Source of the DNA: Candidatus Shapirobacteria bacterium CG_4_10_14_0_8_um_filter_39_15
Lineage (GTDB): Bacteria > Patescibacteriota > Microgenomatia > UM-FILTER-39-15
Length of the DNA: 64,000 nucleotides
Assembly: GCA_002784465.1 (NCBI GenBank)
Contig: PFLE01000013.1
Location: 10,972-74,971 of the forward strand
Direction of reading: 5' to 3'
Both the position numbers and the translations under genes were made by a program. Positions 9,608 to 19,266 of the stretch are shown piece by piece. Within the stretch, counting starts at the first letter, position 1; each line of letters opens with the position of its first letter. The notes under the pieces are model-generated. The model ran no database searches and was not told the DNA's origin. It was given only the letters and a program-made list of their open reading frames with translations.

Positions 9608-12381
9608 TTAATTAAAGAAATTTCCAACTGACGATCCTCGGATAAAGAAGTATTATATACTACCGACCCCTTCTCGGTCAAGATAGGGAAATTTGACCAA
9701 GAAACTGCCGAAGAAACCGGATAGGAAATCGATAACTTATAAGGGTCGCTGCTAAAACCTGATTGTTTTTGAATATATGCTAAATATTGTCCGGAAATAA
9801 ATTTTTGGCTCTCCGGCAATTGGTAGACAATTTCCAAGCTTTGTTTTCTACCCACGGGGACCGTCAAAACCAATCCAAATATTTTTTTACCAAGATCACT
9901 CGATTGCTCAACTTGACATTCTTGATTAGCAATCTGGCAGCCAATCAAGGAACTGTCCGAATTAACCAAAATCCGCAGATAGGCTTTGTAATCGCCGGCA
10001 GGAAAAACATTGCTCGGACTTTTGTTTTCGTAATCCAAACGCAAAGTTTCTTTTATTCCCCCATCCTCTTGAATCTGAACCGAACGGGAAATCGACCGAA
10101 CCAGAAAATAGTTGGCTTTGTTCACACCAACATTGGCCTCATTAACCATCAGATAATCGGACAAACAAGATCCAGATTTTTGACAAACAGCGTTTTCGAT
10201 TATTCCGTCCCAATGATTTTTCTCAAGAAAGGCGGCTATTTTAGAATCGTTGGAACTAATTAAAATATCTCTTTGGTTAAGCGATTCCATCATTGCTTGA
10301 AAAATTTTTATTTTCGTTTTCGCATCGGCGGATTTAATTTTGTCCATTAAAACCTGGGCCACTTGCCCTAAAAAATCTTCCTTTTGCTTTGATCCCGGGA
10401 AAAATCCGGCTTCAATATAATATTCGGCGGTTTGAAAAAAATTGTCGGCATTGATTGTTTCCCGATAATCAGGCAATTTCAATTCCCCAAACACCTTAAT
10501 TAATTTTTGGGCGGCGTTTAAATTAATTCCAATAACCGCATCGGCCTGCCGGCCGGTTTCTTTTTCCAGGAACCACTTGGCGCGGATCGCGTTCTGGCCA
10601 AAATCTGGGCTCCAATTCGAATCGCGCAAATACCAACCGTCAACACCCAAGAGTTCCTTCAGTCTTACCGGCGGCTCAACATGACCCTTTAGCTGGCCAT
10701 CAGCATCATAAACATCGCCAACGCCAAAATGAAAAAGCTTTCCCGATTCGAAAGAAGCTAGTCCATAAGAACCGATAAATCCTCCGCCCGGCCGAAGCTC
10801 CATATTGTTTTGAAAAAGAAAAAGATAAACTATCCCTTGATCAGCACCTAACAATTTCGGGGAAACAACCAAGAAATCGCGGTAAATTAATAAAAATTTT
10901 TTTATCTCGGGAATAAATTTTTTGATTTCCAGAATTTTTGGCCCAACAATTTTTTCCCGCCCGGTAAAACTATTTAATAAAGCATTCGTGACAGAGACTT
11001 TTTCAATCGCCGAATTGCACTCGACTTGCAACGAAGATAATGCTTCCTTGAAAGGTTGGTTTTCCGAGCCAATCACCGTTAAGAAAAGCAGGTTGCTTAA
11101 TTTACCAACCCGGCTTAAAACCAATAAGCTGTCTGCTAAATTTTCTCCTAGAGCAATTGTCTTTTCCTGATTACCCCAAACAAATTGGCCGGCTTTGGCA
11201 ATCGGACCAAGTAAGCTAATTTCTTTTTGAAAAACTAAGGTTTTATTTTCCAGATCCACAAAATCGCCTTTTCCGGCCAAGCGCTGAATTTCTTTCATTT
11301 GATAGACTAGTTGAAAGAAAATCAAGATTATAAACATCAAGGCAACAGCTAAAGAAGCAGGAATAAATAATAAAAATTTAGGAATTGTTTTTCGGGGGCG
11401 GGTTTTCTGTTCCTTTACCGCCGGCTTTCGGGAAAATTCCCTAAGAGTTTCTTTAATCCCATCTTCCAGGGTATATTCCGGACGCCAGCCTAAGGGGTTT
11501 TCGGTTTCTTGGGGTGTACTTTCGATTAAACTGGAGAAAGAATTTTGGGCCACATATTCGATTTCGATTTGCTTATCGGTTGCTAATTGCCGGTTTTTTT
11601 TCAATTCCTGACAAAAATCAACAAGCGTAATCGGATTAGCCGGTTTTAAATCAAAAATCTTGCCGGCGGTTCCCGGAACAAGAATTGACCGCAGGATGCC
11701 GCTGACCGCGTCTTTAACATAAAGCGGGTAAATTTTTCCCTCGCCTTCGGCCGGAATTTTCAGGTTTTGTCCGGACAACAATTGATCAAAACAATAACCA
11801 ATCAACCCTCCGTTCATTTTCATTCTTGGTCCATAAACATCGCCAACGCGAACGACCCGCAAGTCAAGATCTTGCCGCTTTAAATGATTAAGAATTAATC
11901 TTTCGGCGAACCGTTTCGATTCGTGAAAAGAGAGGTTCTCCCATTGGCCGGCGTTGTCCCAATCGGGCAATTTAAATATTTCCAAAGACGAACAGAATAA
12001 CAATTTGGCGTTGTTCTTTAAACATAAAGCGATTAAATTTTCGGTTCCGATTGAATTGCTTTGCATAATTTCCAAAGAAATATCTTTTCCGGAAAGATAT
12101 TCCTCAACTGAAGTTAAATTAAAAATATAGTTGATGGCCGGAAAGTGATTTTTAATATAGAAGTCCGGGTTGTTAATATTATCCTCCAACAAAACGAAAC
12201 TATTTTTTCCCTGCAGCGGTTCAATGTTTCTTTTTTCACCGGTTAAAAAATTATCGACACAAAGAACCTGACAATCTAAAGACAAAAGCGACTCGCACAA
12301 ATAAGAACCAACAAATCCGGCTCCGCCGGCAACCAGCGCCGTTGTTTTTCCGGGGGACAAATTTTCTAAAGAAGAAGGCAT
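9604..12381 (-). CDS. Fusion protein: NAD-dependent epimerase/dehydratase (UXS/RmlB-like), then a TM helix, then a large extracytoplasmic domain resembling DUF4012
   Basis: Rossmann GGAGFVGSYLCESLL at the N-terminus. TM segment LLFIPASLAVALMFIILIFF at about aa 335-355. The C-terminal ~570 aa contain LFQNNMELRPGGGFIGSYG (from memory, like the DUF4012 signature motif). Confidence 0.55.
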   Translation of the reverse strand: MPSSLENLSPGKTTALVAGGAGFVGSYLCESLLSLDCQVLCVDNFLTGEKRNIEPLQGKNSFVLLEDNINNPDFYIKNHFPAINYIFNLTSVEEYLSGKDISLEIMQSNSIGTENLIALCLKNNAKLLFCSSLEIFKLPDWDNAGQWENLSFHESKRFAERLILNHLKRQDLDLRVVRVGDVYGPRMKMNGGLIGYCFDQLLSGQNLKIPAEGEGKIYPLYVKDAVSGILRSILVPGTAGKIFDLKPANPITLVDFCQELKKNRQLATDKQIEIEYVAQNSFSSLIESTPQETENPLGWRPEYTLEDGIKETLREFSRKPAVKEQKTRPRKTIPKFLLFIPASLAVALMFIILIFFQLVYQMKEIQRLAGKGDFVDLENKTLVFQKEISLLGPIAKAGQFVWGNQEKTIALGENLADSLLVLSRVGKLSNLLFLTVIGSENQPFKEALSSLQVECNSAIEKVSVTNALLNSFTGREKIVGPKILEIKKFIPEIKKFLLIYRDFLVVSPKLLGADQGIVYLFLFQNNMELRPGGGFIGSYGLASFESGKLFHFGVGDVYDADGQLKGHVEPPVRLKELLGVDGWYLRDSNWSPDFGQNAIRAKWFLEKETGRQADAVIGINLNAAQKLIKVFGELKLPDYRETINADNFFQTAEYYIEAGFFPGSKQKEDFLGQVAQVLMDKIKSADAKTKIKIFQAMMESLNQRDILISSNDSKIAAFLEKNHWDGIIENAVCQKSGSCLSDYLMVNEANVGVNKANYFLVRSISRSVQIQEDGGIKETLRLDYENKSPSNVFPAGDYKAYLRILVNSDSSLIGCQIANQECQVEQSSDLGKKIFGLVLTVPVGRKQSLEIVYQLPESQKFISGQYLAYIQKQSGFSSDPYKLSISYPVSSAVSWSNFPILTEKGSVVYNTSLSEDRQLEISLIK

Positions 12382-12408
12382 TACTTGAATTTTAATCTGC
12401 GGGGCCGT

Positions 12409-12849
12409 TTAATGCAACAATTGTTCTGCTTGGTCTAAAGTTTGATTGACTAAACTATCCGCCAGAGAATTTTTTTCGCGGGGAATAAGACAATAAATTA
12501 TTATTTTATTTAGTTGTTTTTCCAATTGACGCGCTTGAATAATTAAGGACCGTAAACGAATATTTTTGATTTTATATATACCTTTTAGTTGATTAACCAT
12601 TAATTGTGAATCGGAAAAAAAATTTACGGTGTTAGTTTTTTCGCCGAGACTCTTTTTGTTTTTCAATAACCATTGCAGGGCCGCAATCATTGCCGAGAAT
12701 TCCGCAACGTTATTGGTTGTTTGTCCCAACGGCTTTCCCGTTCCGAAAATCTTTTTTCCGTTACCCGTCATCACGACAAAACCAATTGCTGCCGGTCCGG
12801 GATTTCCTCTTGCTCCGCCATCCGTATAAATATTTATTTCGTTATCCAT
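12409..12849 (-). CDS. rnhA: Ribonuclease HI
   Basis: IYTDGGARGNPGPAAIGFVV...TNNVAEFSAMIAALQ... is the RNase H fold, with catalytic D/E/D context. Confidence 0.85.
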   Translation of the reverse strand: MDNEINIYTDGGARGNPGPAAIGFVVMTGNGKKIFGTGKPLGQTTNNVAEFSAMIAALQWLLKNKKSLGEKTNTVNFFSDSQLMVNQLKGIYKIKNIRLRSLIIQARQLEKQLNKIIIYCLIPREKNSLADSLVNQTLDQAEQLLH

Positions 12850-14160
12850 TCAAAATATTTTACCTTTTGTTTTGAAAATTTCAATAAGGGTTTTTGGAAA
12901 TGTTATGCTAGGACGAAGGTCAAATTTTTTCGCCAAATATAAACTGGTTAAAACAAAAACCAGTCCTTCGGTCGCAATGGTATTAAAAGCCGCTGCTAAA
13001 TAAGAAAAATTTGGAATCAATAAAATGTTCGCGCCTAAATTAAAAAATAACGCCATAATCGCGATTGACAAAGAAACTTTTTGTTTTCCCAAAGCGATAA
13101 GAGTATATCCGGTAAGATGATTAAAGTAGGCGATAAAAGTAGCAAAGACTAAAATCCTTAAGGCAATAACACTGTTGCTAAAATCCGGTCCGCCGATAAT
13201 AGAAATTATCAAAGGCGCCAAAATAATTACGGTCAATAAAATTCCAACCGCAGCAATAAAAAGAATATCAAAAGTTTTCCGGTAAATTTCTTTAAGGATC
13301 GGGTTTTCTTTTGTATGATCAACCGAAATTTTTGCGATTACCGGAAAAAGAGCACCGGTTAGATAGGCCGCGCCTAAAATAAGATTATCGTGAACTTTAT
13401 ATGCCAACCCGTAAATTCCCACTGCTTCCGGTCCTTTCATTCCTTGCAGAATAATAATATCCAAGCGATTGTAAACGGAAAATAAAATGAGAAGAGCGCC
13501 GGTGGGTAAAGATTCACGTAAAATTTTCCTCGTTAAATCGGGATCTAAATGATAAGTAAAATTTGCCAATTCCCTCGCCCAGAAAAAAGAAAGGCCGATA
13601 CCAACCAAATTGCTGAAAAAATAAAGCATTAAAATTGTTGATAAATTTATTAATTGTCTGGCAAAGAGAAAAACCAATAAAAGAAAAATCAAGAAGAGAA
13701 TGCTAATTAAAACGTCAACCATTGCCATAAATTCAAATCTCAATTTAGTTTGGAAAACAACACTTAAAGAGGTCTTTAAAGAAATCAAAATTAAAACTAA
13801 ACCGATGATTTCAATCGGGATAAACAATGGCCTGAATAATGGAAAAATAGTTGCAATTAAGGTAATAAAGACCAGGCAAACCAAGGACGAGACTAAGCGG
13901 ATTACTAAAGCACCACCAAAAAGCGGGGATTGGGAGCTTTCGATTTTTGACGCTTCCCGAACAAAAATCATGCTGGTTCCCCAATCGGAAATCGTAACGA
14001 AAAACATTAAAACAGAAATAACAAAAATATAATTACCATAACCAGTGGTACCTAGAAGGCGGGTTAGAAGCGCGGTTGTAATAATCGTCGTAAAAATAAC
14101 GCCGGCGCGTCCTAAAATTTGCACAATCGTATTTTTAGCAACCTTTGGAAATAAACTCAT
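12850..14160 (-). CDS. Polysaccharide biosynthesis flippase (Wzx/MOP superfamily)
   Basis: About 12 TM segments with the N-terminal motif KNTIVQILGRAGVIFTTIITTALLTRLLGTTGYGNY typical of Wzx-like exporters. Confidence 0.65.
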   Translation of the reverse strand: MSLFPKVAKNTIVQILGRAGVIFTTIITTALLTRLLGTTGYGNYIFVISVLMFFVTISDWGTSMIFVREASKIESSQSPLFGGALVIRLVSSLVCLVFITLIATIFPLFRPLFIPIEIIGLVLILISLKTSLSVVFQTKLRFEFMAMVDVLISILFLIFLLLVFLFARQLINLSTILMLYFFSNLVGIGLSFFWARELANFTYHLDPDLTRKILRESLPTGALLILFSVYNRLDIIILQGMKGPEAVGIYGLAYKVHDNLILGAAYLTGALFPVIAKISVDHTKENPILKEIYRKTFDILFIAAVGILLTVIILAPLIISIIGGPDFSNSVIALRILVFATFIAYFNHLTGYTLIALGKQKVSLSIAIMALFFNLGANILLIPNFSYLAAAFNTIATEGLVFVLTSLYLAKKFDLRPSITFPKTLIEIFKTKGKIF

Positions 14161-14163
14161 GTT

Positions 14164-15384
14164 TCAATTATACCTCGTCAAACGAGGTTTACTCCAAGAC
14201 AGGCCGAGAACAATAGTAAAAAGGAGTTGAGTGGATTGTAAGGTCAGCCAATAGTGATCGAAAAGACCAAGGAACAAAATCACCGAGAGAGAAGCGAGAA
14301 GTGAGAAGTGGGAAGCGGGAATTCTTTTTAATGTTTGAAATAAAAGCCAAAGAAATAAAACTAAACCAACAAAACCGGTTTCGGCTAATACCAACAGAAA
14401 AATATTATGAACTGCCTGATACCAAAGAACTTGACCGCTGTCGTTCCAAAATTCCGGAAGTCTGACAATAAAATTATTTAGACCAACACCGAGAATTGGG
14501 GATTGTTGAAACATTTTTATTGCGGCGATATTTAAATCAACCCGCTGAAAAATTGCTTCGCTGCCTGATAGTTGACTAAACGCGAAAATAAAAATCAATC
14601 CAATAATCAAACTGGCCGAAAGAAAAACTTTTTTACCAATGATCCAGACAAGAATTAAAATTCCCGCCAGCCAAACAGAACGGGAGAAAGAAAGAAAAAT
14701 CGCACTAACAACTAAAATAATATACAAAAAGGAAAAAGACCGATTTCTTTTCCACCAATATGGAAAAGACAAAATAAAACCGACCAAAAGAAATCCGGCC
14801 AAAGCATTGGGATGGGGAAAGGTGGCATATGGTCTTAAAACCAGTTGTCCGTTGATAATTGCTTTGGCGATTCCCGGCGTCCCGGCGTCAAAAGTTCTTT
14901 CTCCCAACCAATACATTATTCCTCCTAATGATTTCTGTTTTAAAAACTGAATAACTGCAAACAGGCTGGAATAAATTACACTAATAGAAACTGGAAGCGA
15001 GAAGCGGGAAGCTTGATAATGATTTTGGATGATATAGATACCCAGAAAAACAAATTCAATAATTTTTATTAATAAATAAAATGCCGCTCCCTGGTTTTGA
15101 GCGAACAAGCAATTGATTAGCAAGAAAACCAAGAGACATAAAAACAAGATAAGAACTTTTGAATTTTTACTTGTAATTTTGACTTTTGACTTTTGACTTT
15201 TGACTTTCTCTACCAACCAATTAATCAGAATTCCAATAATAATCAGGTCCGTTAGATAAACAGTTGGGGAGAGGTAATCAATTCTTAATCCCTGAACAAA
15301 AGAAAAAGCCGGCCAAAAATGCTTACCCAATTGAACCGGCATCAAAAGCAGAAGAAGATACCAAAAAACAGAATGAAGTTTCAC
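14164..15384 (-). CDS. O-antigen ligase / Wzy_C family polymerase-ligase
   Basis: Polytopic membrane protein with a large loop (ATFPHPNALAGFLLVGF...). Contains simple-repeat-encoded segments (KVKSQKSKVKITSKNSKV from the 4x ttttgac run). Confidence 0.6.
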   Translation of the reverse strand: MKLHSVFWYLLLLLMPVQLGKHFWPAFSFVQGLRIDYLSPTVYLTDLIIIGILINWLVEKVKSQKSKVKITSKNSKVLILFLCLLVFLLINCLFAQNQGAAFYLLIKIIEFVFLGIYIIQNHYQASRFSLPVSISVIYSSLFAVIQFLKQKSLGGIMYWLGERTFDAGTPGIAKAIINGQLVLRPYATFPHPNALAGFLLVGFILSFPYWWKRNRSFSFLYIILVVSAIFLSFSRSVWLAGILILVWIIGKKVFLSASLIIGLIFIFAFSQLSGSEAIFQRVDLNIAAIKMFQQSPILGVGLNNFIVRLPEFWNDSGQVLWYQAVHNIFLLVLAETGFVGLVLFLWLLFQTLKRIPASHFSLLASLSVILFLGLFDHYWLTLQSTQLLFTIVLGLSWSKPRLTRYN

Positions 15385-15389
15385 TTGTT

Positions 15390-15854
15390 TTAACCCGCTT
15401 TATTAGGTTTTATAACCAAATGGCGATCCTTACCTTCACCTTCTGATTCGGCCGCCACATCGTTATATTCTGACAAAACCAAATGGATGACCCTTCTGTC
15501 CGAAGCCGAAAGACCTGGAAGACAAACCGATTCGCCGGAAAAACGGACTTTCTGGGCGGCATTCAAACCCATGTGGCGCAAAACTTCTTCTCGTTTTTGC
15601 CGGTAATCACCGACGTTGACAATAATCCGACCCCATTCACCCATTTCCCTGCTGGCAATAATGCTTAGCAAAAGCTGGAATGACGCTAAAGTTTCACCAT
15701 GTAAACCAATAAGAACACCGGAATCTTCGGTTTCTATCTGAACCATAATTGCTTGATTTTCTTTATCTTCAGAAACATCAAGTTTGGCTTCGACTTTCAA
15801 AAGCTTAAGCATTTTGGCTGCAATCTTTTTAACAATTTTCAATTTCTTTTCCAT
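15390..15854 (-). CDS. jag: Jag/KhpB-like KH-R3H RNA-binding protein
   Basis: KH-like IGLHGETLASFQLL and R3H LPGLSASDRRVIHLVLSEY; positioned after yidC as in the canonical operon. Confidence 0.8.
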   Translation of the reverse strand: MEKKLKIVKKIAAKMLKLLKVEAKLDVSEDKENQAIMVQIETEDSGVLIGLHGETLASFQLLLSIIASREMGEWGRIIVNVGDYRQKREEVLRHMGLNAAQKVRFSGESVCLPGLSASDRRVIHLVLSEYNDVAAESEGEGKDRHLVIKPNKAG

Positions 15855-16645
15855 GTTTTTATTTTGTTAATCCAAGGGGTTAAACCGCCAAGACCAGTTA
15901 TAAGATATTGTTGAATCATAGTAAAGAGGGAAAATATAAACCAGTACAAAACCAAGCCGGCGGGAAAGGTAAAACCAATCAAAATCGTCATAATCGGAAA
16001 AAGATAGAGCATTTGCGATTGCATTCCGGCCATCAAATCGTCTGATTTTTCTTTTGTCTGCGCCGCTTCTTTTTCCTCTTCCTTAACAATCGGCATCATC
16101 ATTTTTGAAGAAAGCAGTTGGGTCAGGGCGGCAAGGATTAGAAAAACTCCGGGTAAGGTTGGCAAACCGGCCAAATGTAAAACGTCGGGCTTGGTCAAAT
16201 CAATTATTCCCAAAAACGAAGTGTTAAGATGAGCTTGGGCCGGCAACTGCAAAATCGGGTAGAGCATTTGGTTTAATTTTTCCACCGTGGCGGCCCCTTG
16301 CTGAAGTAAAACTTTAGAAAAAGCCTGATAAAGGCCAATCAAAACCACCAGCTGAACAATTTGCGGCAGGCAACCGGCCGCCGGATTAGCCCCGTTTTTC
16401 TTATAAAGTTCCATCTGGGCGGCCGCCAATCCCTGTTTATCGCTGCCGAATTTCTGTTTTAATTTATTGATTTCCGGCGCCAGTTCCATCATTTTTTTCT
16501 GCGCTTTAATTGAGGGAATTGTTAATGGCGCCATTACCAGCCTGATAACAAGCGTCAAGAGAATTATGGCAACGCCTAAATCGCCGAAAATCCGGTAAAA
16601 AACAAAAAGGCCGTTTAATAATGGTTGAACTAAATAAGTTTCCAT
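15839..16645 (-). CDS. yidC: Membrane protein insertase YidC (short Gram-positive-type form)
   Basis: GCLPQIVQLVVLIGLY, FPAGLVLYWFIFSLFTMIQQYLI are conserved YidC/Oxa1 motifs. Confidence 0.9.
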   Translation of the reverse strand: METYLVQPLLNGLFVFYRIFGDLGVAIILLTLVIRLVMAPLTIPSIKAQKKMMELAPEINKLKQKFGSDKQGLAAAQMELYKKNGANPAAGCLPQIVQLVVLIGLYQAFSKVLLQQGAATVEKLNQMLYPILQLPAQAHLNTSFLGIIDLTKPDVLHLAGLPTLPGVFLILAALTQLLSSKMMMPIVKEEEKEAAQTKEKSDDLMAGMQSQMLYLFPIMTILIGFTFPAGLVLYWFIFSLFTMIQQYLITGLGGLTPWINKIKTWKRN

Positions 16646-16654
16646 ACAATTTAG

Positions 16655-16733
16655 GATATCAGTTGATCAGAATATCGGGACAAGAAATCTGAGAGCAGAA
16701 AACAGAAAATTTAACTGATATTCTGATTTACTA
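16655..16733. repeat. Family A palindromic repeat, copy R2 (yidD-yidC intergenic)
   Basis: ATCAGTTGATCAGAATATCGGGACAAGAAATCTGAGAGCAGAAAACAG...CTGATATTCTGATTTACT aligns with R1 and R4. Confidence 0.55.
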
Positions 16734-16931
16734 GATTAAAGGGTCCAGCCCGCCCTTGCTCCAGGGGTGACATCTGAAAATTCTCCTTAAACCCTTCCAG
16801 CTTCCCAAAAGTATACCATATTTTTCGATTGCTTGGTATGTATATTCCGAACAAGTTGGCTGGAAGCGGCATCCGGGTAAAGAAAAATATTGATGGTAAG
16901 TCTTAAGAAATTTAAGAAGAAGGGTTTTCAT
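16731..16931 (-). CDS. yidD: Membrane protein insertion efficiency factor YidD
   Basis: 66 aa with conserved Cys pattern (GCRFQPTCSEYTYQAIEKYG...CHPWSKGGLDP). Confidence 0.85.
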   Translation of the reverse strand: MKTLLLKFLKTYHQYFSLPGCRFQPTCSEYTYQAIEKYGILLGSWKGLRRIFRCHPWSKGGLDPLI

Positions 16932-17274
16932 TTTGAATTATTTTAGCTTGAACAAGCAATTTACCAATTTCTTGTTTTAACAACAAGGCTTCCGGCTTAA
17001 CAATAATTTTTTTTGCCCAAAAAACGATTTTATTGCCGTTTTTTATTTGCGGAAGAAATTGCCGAATAATTTCCCGAAAAATTCTTCTTGTTTGATTGCG
17101 ATCAACCGCTTTTTTAGATATTCGATTAGTGACGATAAAACCAAACTTCGGTGGTTGCTGGTCTTCAATAAACAAGGCTTGAAGAGTAAATAAGGAATGA
17201 GAATATTTTTGGCCCAAAAGGCGAACGTCATCAAAATCCTTTTTTGAAACCAGACGATTTTGCTTAGGAAGCAT
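16912..17274 (-). CDS. rnpA: RNase P protein component
   Basis: LPKQNRLVSKKDFDDV...KAVDRNQTRRIFREI; position between rpmH and yidD. Confidence 0.85.
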   Translation of the reverse strand: MLPKQNRLVSKKDFDDVRLLGQKYSHSLFTLQALFIEDQQPPKFGFIVTNRISKKAVDRNQTRRIFREIIRQFLPQIKNGNKIVFWAKKIIVKPEALLLKQEIGKLLVQAKIIQNENPSS

Positions 17275-17278
17275 GAGG

Positions 17279-17416
17279 TTATAAGGTAATTCTTTTTCGG
17301 CCGGTTAGAGTCCGGCGCTTTATAATCTTCCGACCATTAACGGTTCTGTTGCGGGCTCTAAATCCGTGTTTCCTTTGTCTTTTAAGTTTCTTTGGCTGGT
17401 ATGTTCTTTTTGGCAT
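17279..17416 (-). CDS. rpmH: 50S ribosomal protein L34 (missed by the ORF track because it is under 60 aa)
   Basis: Manual translation of the minus strand: [45 protein letters not shown], a clear L34 signature, immediately upstream of rnpA. Confidence 0.85.
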   Translation of the reverse strand: MPKRTYQPKKLKRQRKHGFRARNRTVNGRKIIKRRTLTGRKRITL

Positions 17417-17463
17417 GTTTTCAGTATAGCACATAAATCCGAAATACGAAATCCGAAAATAAT

Positions 17464-17585
17464 AGTAAATCAGTAGATCAGAAAAATCAGGTTAAGCAAA
17501 ACAGAGAATAGCAAACAGTTTAGATATTTCTGATGTTCTGATCTCAGATTTCTTATCCCGATATACTGATTAACTGATAATCTAC
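17464..17585. repeat. Family A palindromic repeat, copy R3, in the rpmH-dnaA intergenic (origin) region
   Basis: AGTAAATCAGTAGATCAGAAAAATCAGGTTAAGCAAAACAGAGA...CTGATCTCAG...ATATACTGATTAACTGAT. Its left terminus equals the reverse complement of the right terminus of R1 and R4. Confidence 0.55.
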
Positions 17586-17618
17586 AAAATTCGATATTCG
17601 AATTTAGTCATTTTGGTT

Positions 17619-17650
17619 GTTGACAGATTGTGGATAACTTGTTTAATATG
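17619..17650 (+). promoter_or_regulatory. dnaA promoter (TTGACA-17-TTAATAT) overlapping a consensus DnaA box TGTGGATAA (17629-17637)
   Basis: ttgttgacagattgtggataacttgtttaatatgag lies immediately upstream of the dnaA ATG at 17680. Confidence 0.55.
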
Positions 17651-17679
17651 AGTGTGCTTCTGTTTTCTGCCCCAAAAAC

Positions 17680-19017
17680 ATGGACAATAATAATCTTTGG
17701 CAGCGAGTTTTAGAAGAACTTCGACTTTCGGTTTCCAAGCCGTATTATCAAACTCTCTTTCTACAAACAACTTTGATATCTTTAGAAAACAACGTTGCCA
17801 CTGTTTCCTGTACCAATCCTTATGTTCAGGGGATGATTGAAAACCGCTATTACAGTCTTTTAAAAAGCATCTTAGACAGCCAAACCAAAAACAACAATAG
17901 CCTCGTCTTTGTTATCAAAACAATTACCAAACAAGAATCTAAGGAAATTGGGCCGCTTTTCGAAAAAGAAGCGGTTAGGAAACCGGTTTTTGATACTCAT
18001 ACCGGATTAAATCCAAAATACACCTTTTCCTCTTTTGTAGTCGGAAATTCCAATAATTTTGCCCATGCCGCCGCCCAAGCCATTATTCAAAATCCGGGCG
18101 GGGCTTATAATCCCTTTTTTATTTGGGGCGGGGTCGGGGTCGGGAAAACCCATTTAATGCAGGCAATCGGCCACGCAATTTTGGAAAAAAATTCTGATTT
18201 TAAAGTTCTGTATACTCCTTCGGAAAATTTTACCAACGAACTGGTTCAGGCTTTACAGGACAAAAATATTTCCGTTTTCAAGAAGAGATATCGATCGATT
18301 GATGTCTTTCTTGTTGATGACATTCAATTTATCTCCGGCAAAGAATATTCCCAGGAGGAATTCTTTCATACTTTTAATGCTTTATATATGGCCGGCAAAC
18401 AAATTGTTTTGACTTCCGACCGGCCGCCGTCAGAGATAACCAAAGTCGAGGAGCGGCTTATTAGCCGGTTTATGGGCGGATTGACCGTCGACATTCAAGC
18501 GCCGGATTATGAAACCAGATTGGCAATTCTCAAAGCCAAGCGTTTAGAAAAGAACTTAACGATTGACGATGCGGTGCTTGATATTATTGCCCAAAATATT
18601 TCTTCCAACACCCGCGAGCTGGAAGGCCTTTTGTCGCAACTGGTAACCCAAGCATCTTCTTCTCATACCGAATTAAATACCGATTTTGCCAAAAGTTTTT
18701 TTGGAATTCAAAAACAAAAAACAAGTAAAATCCTCCAGCCGAAAAATGTGATTGCCGCCGTCAGCCGTCAATTTCAAATAAAAACCAGCGACTTAACCGG
18801 AGTTTCCCGCCGGGCTGAATTCGTCTTCCCCAGACAAATTATTATGTATTTACTGCGGGACGAGTTAAAGATTCCTTTGGTCAAGATCGGGGAAATGCTT
18901 GGCGGCCGCGATCATACAACGATTATTCATGGCTCGGAGAAAATTCGTCAACTTTTCAACAATGATGCGTCAATAAAACAGCAAATCATGTTGATTAAAC
19001 AGACTTTATCTGAATAA
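17680..19017 (+). CDS. dnaA: Chromosomal replication initiator DnaA
   Basis: Walker A GGVGVGKTHLMQAIGH, sensor and box VII regions, and a C-terminal DNA-binding domain (VSRRAEFVFPRQIIMYL). Confidence 0.95.
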   Translation: MDNNNLWQRVLEELRLSVSKPYYQTLFLQTTLISLENNVATVSCTNPYVQGMIENRYYSLLKSILDSQTKNNNSLVFVIKTITKQESKEIGPLFEKEAVRKPVFDTHTGLNPKYTFSSFVVGNSNNFAHAAAQAIIQNPGGAYNPFFIWGGVGVGKTHLMQAIGHAILEKNSDFKVLYTPSENFTNELVQALQDKNISVFKKRYRSIDVFLVDDIQFISGKEYSQEEFFHTFNALYMAGKQIVLTSDRPPSEITKVEERLISRFMGGLTVDIQAPDYETRLAILKAKRLEKNLTIDDAVLDIIAQNISSNTRELEGLLSQLVTQASSSHTELNTDFAKSFFGIQKQKTSKILQPKNVIAAVSRQFQIKTSDLTGVSRRAEFVFPRQIIMYLLRDELKIPLVKIGEMLGGRDHTTIIHGSEKIRQLFNNDASIKQQIMLIKQTLSE

Positions 19018-19026
19018 CTTTAAAAA

Positions 19027-19068
19027 TTGTCCACAAAATGTTAATACTTATCAACAAAATTATCCACA
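19027..19068 (+). promoter_or_regulatory. DnaA-box cluster between dnaA and dnaN (TTGTCCACA, TTATCAACA, TTATCCACA); candidate oriC segment
   Basis: attgtccacaaaatgttaatacttatcaacaaaattatccacattt in an AT-rich 250-bp intergenic region. Confidence 0.6.
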
Positions 19069-19266
19069 TTTCTAATCAGTTTTTAAACAAGAAAAAACCC
19101 GAAACTCAAAGTTCGTTATGGGATAGTGTTTCCTTTTTAACTGATCCAATCTTTCGTTTGGAGCTTAACCACACTCAATTTATGAGCAATCGGCGGTCAT
19201 TATCAACTTATCAACCACTTCTACTAAGACTATAACTATTAAGAATATATGATATACTTGTAATTA

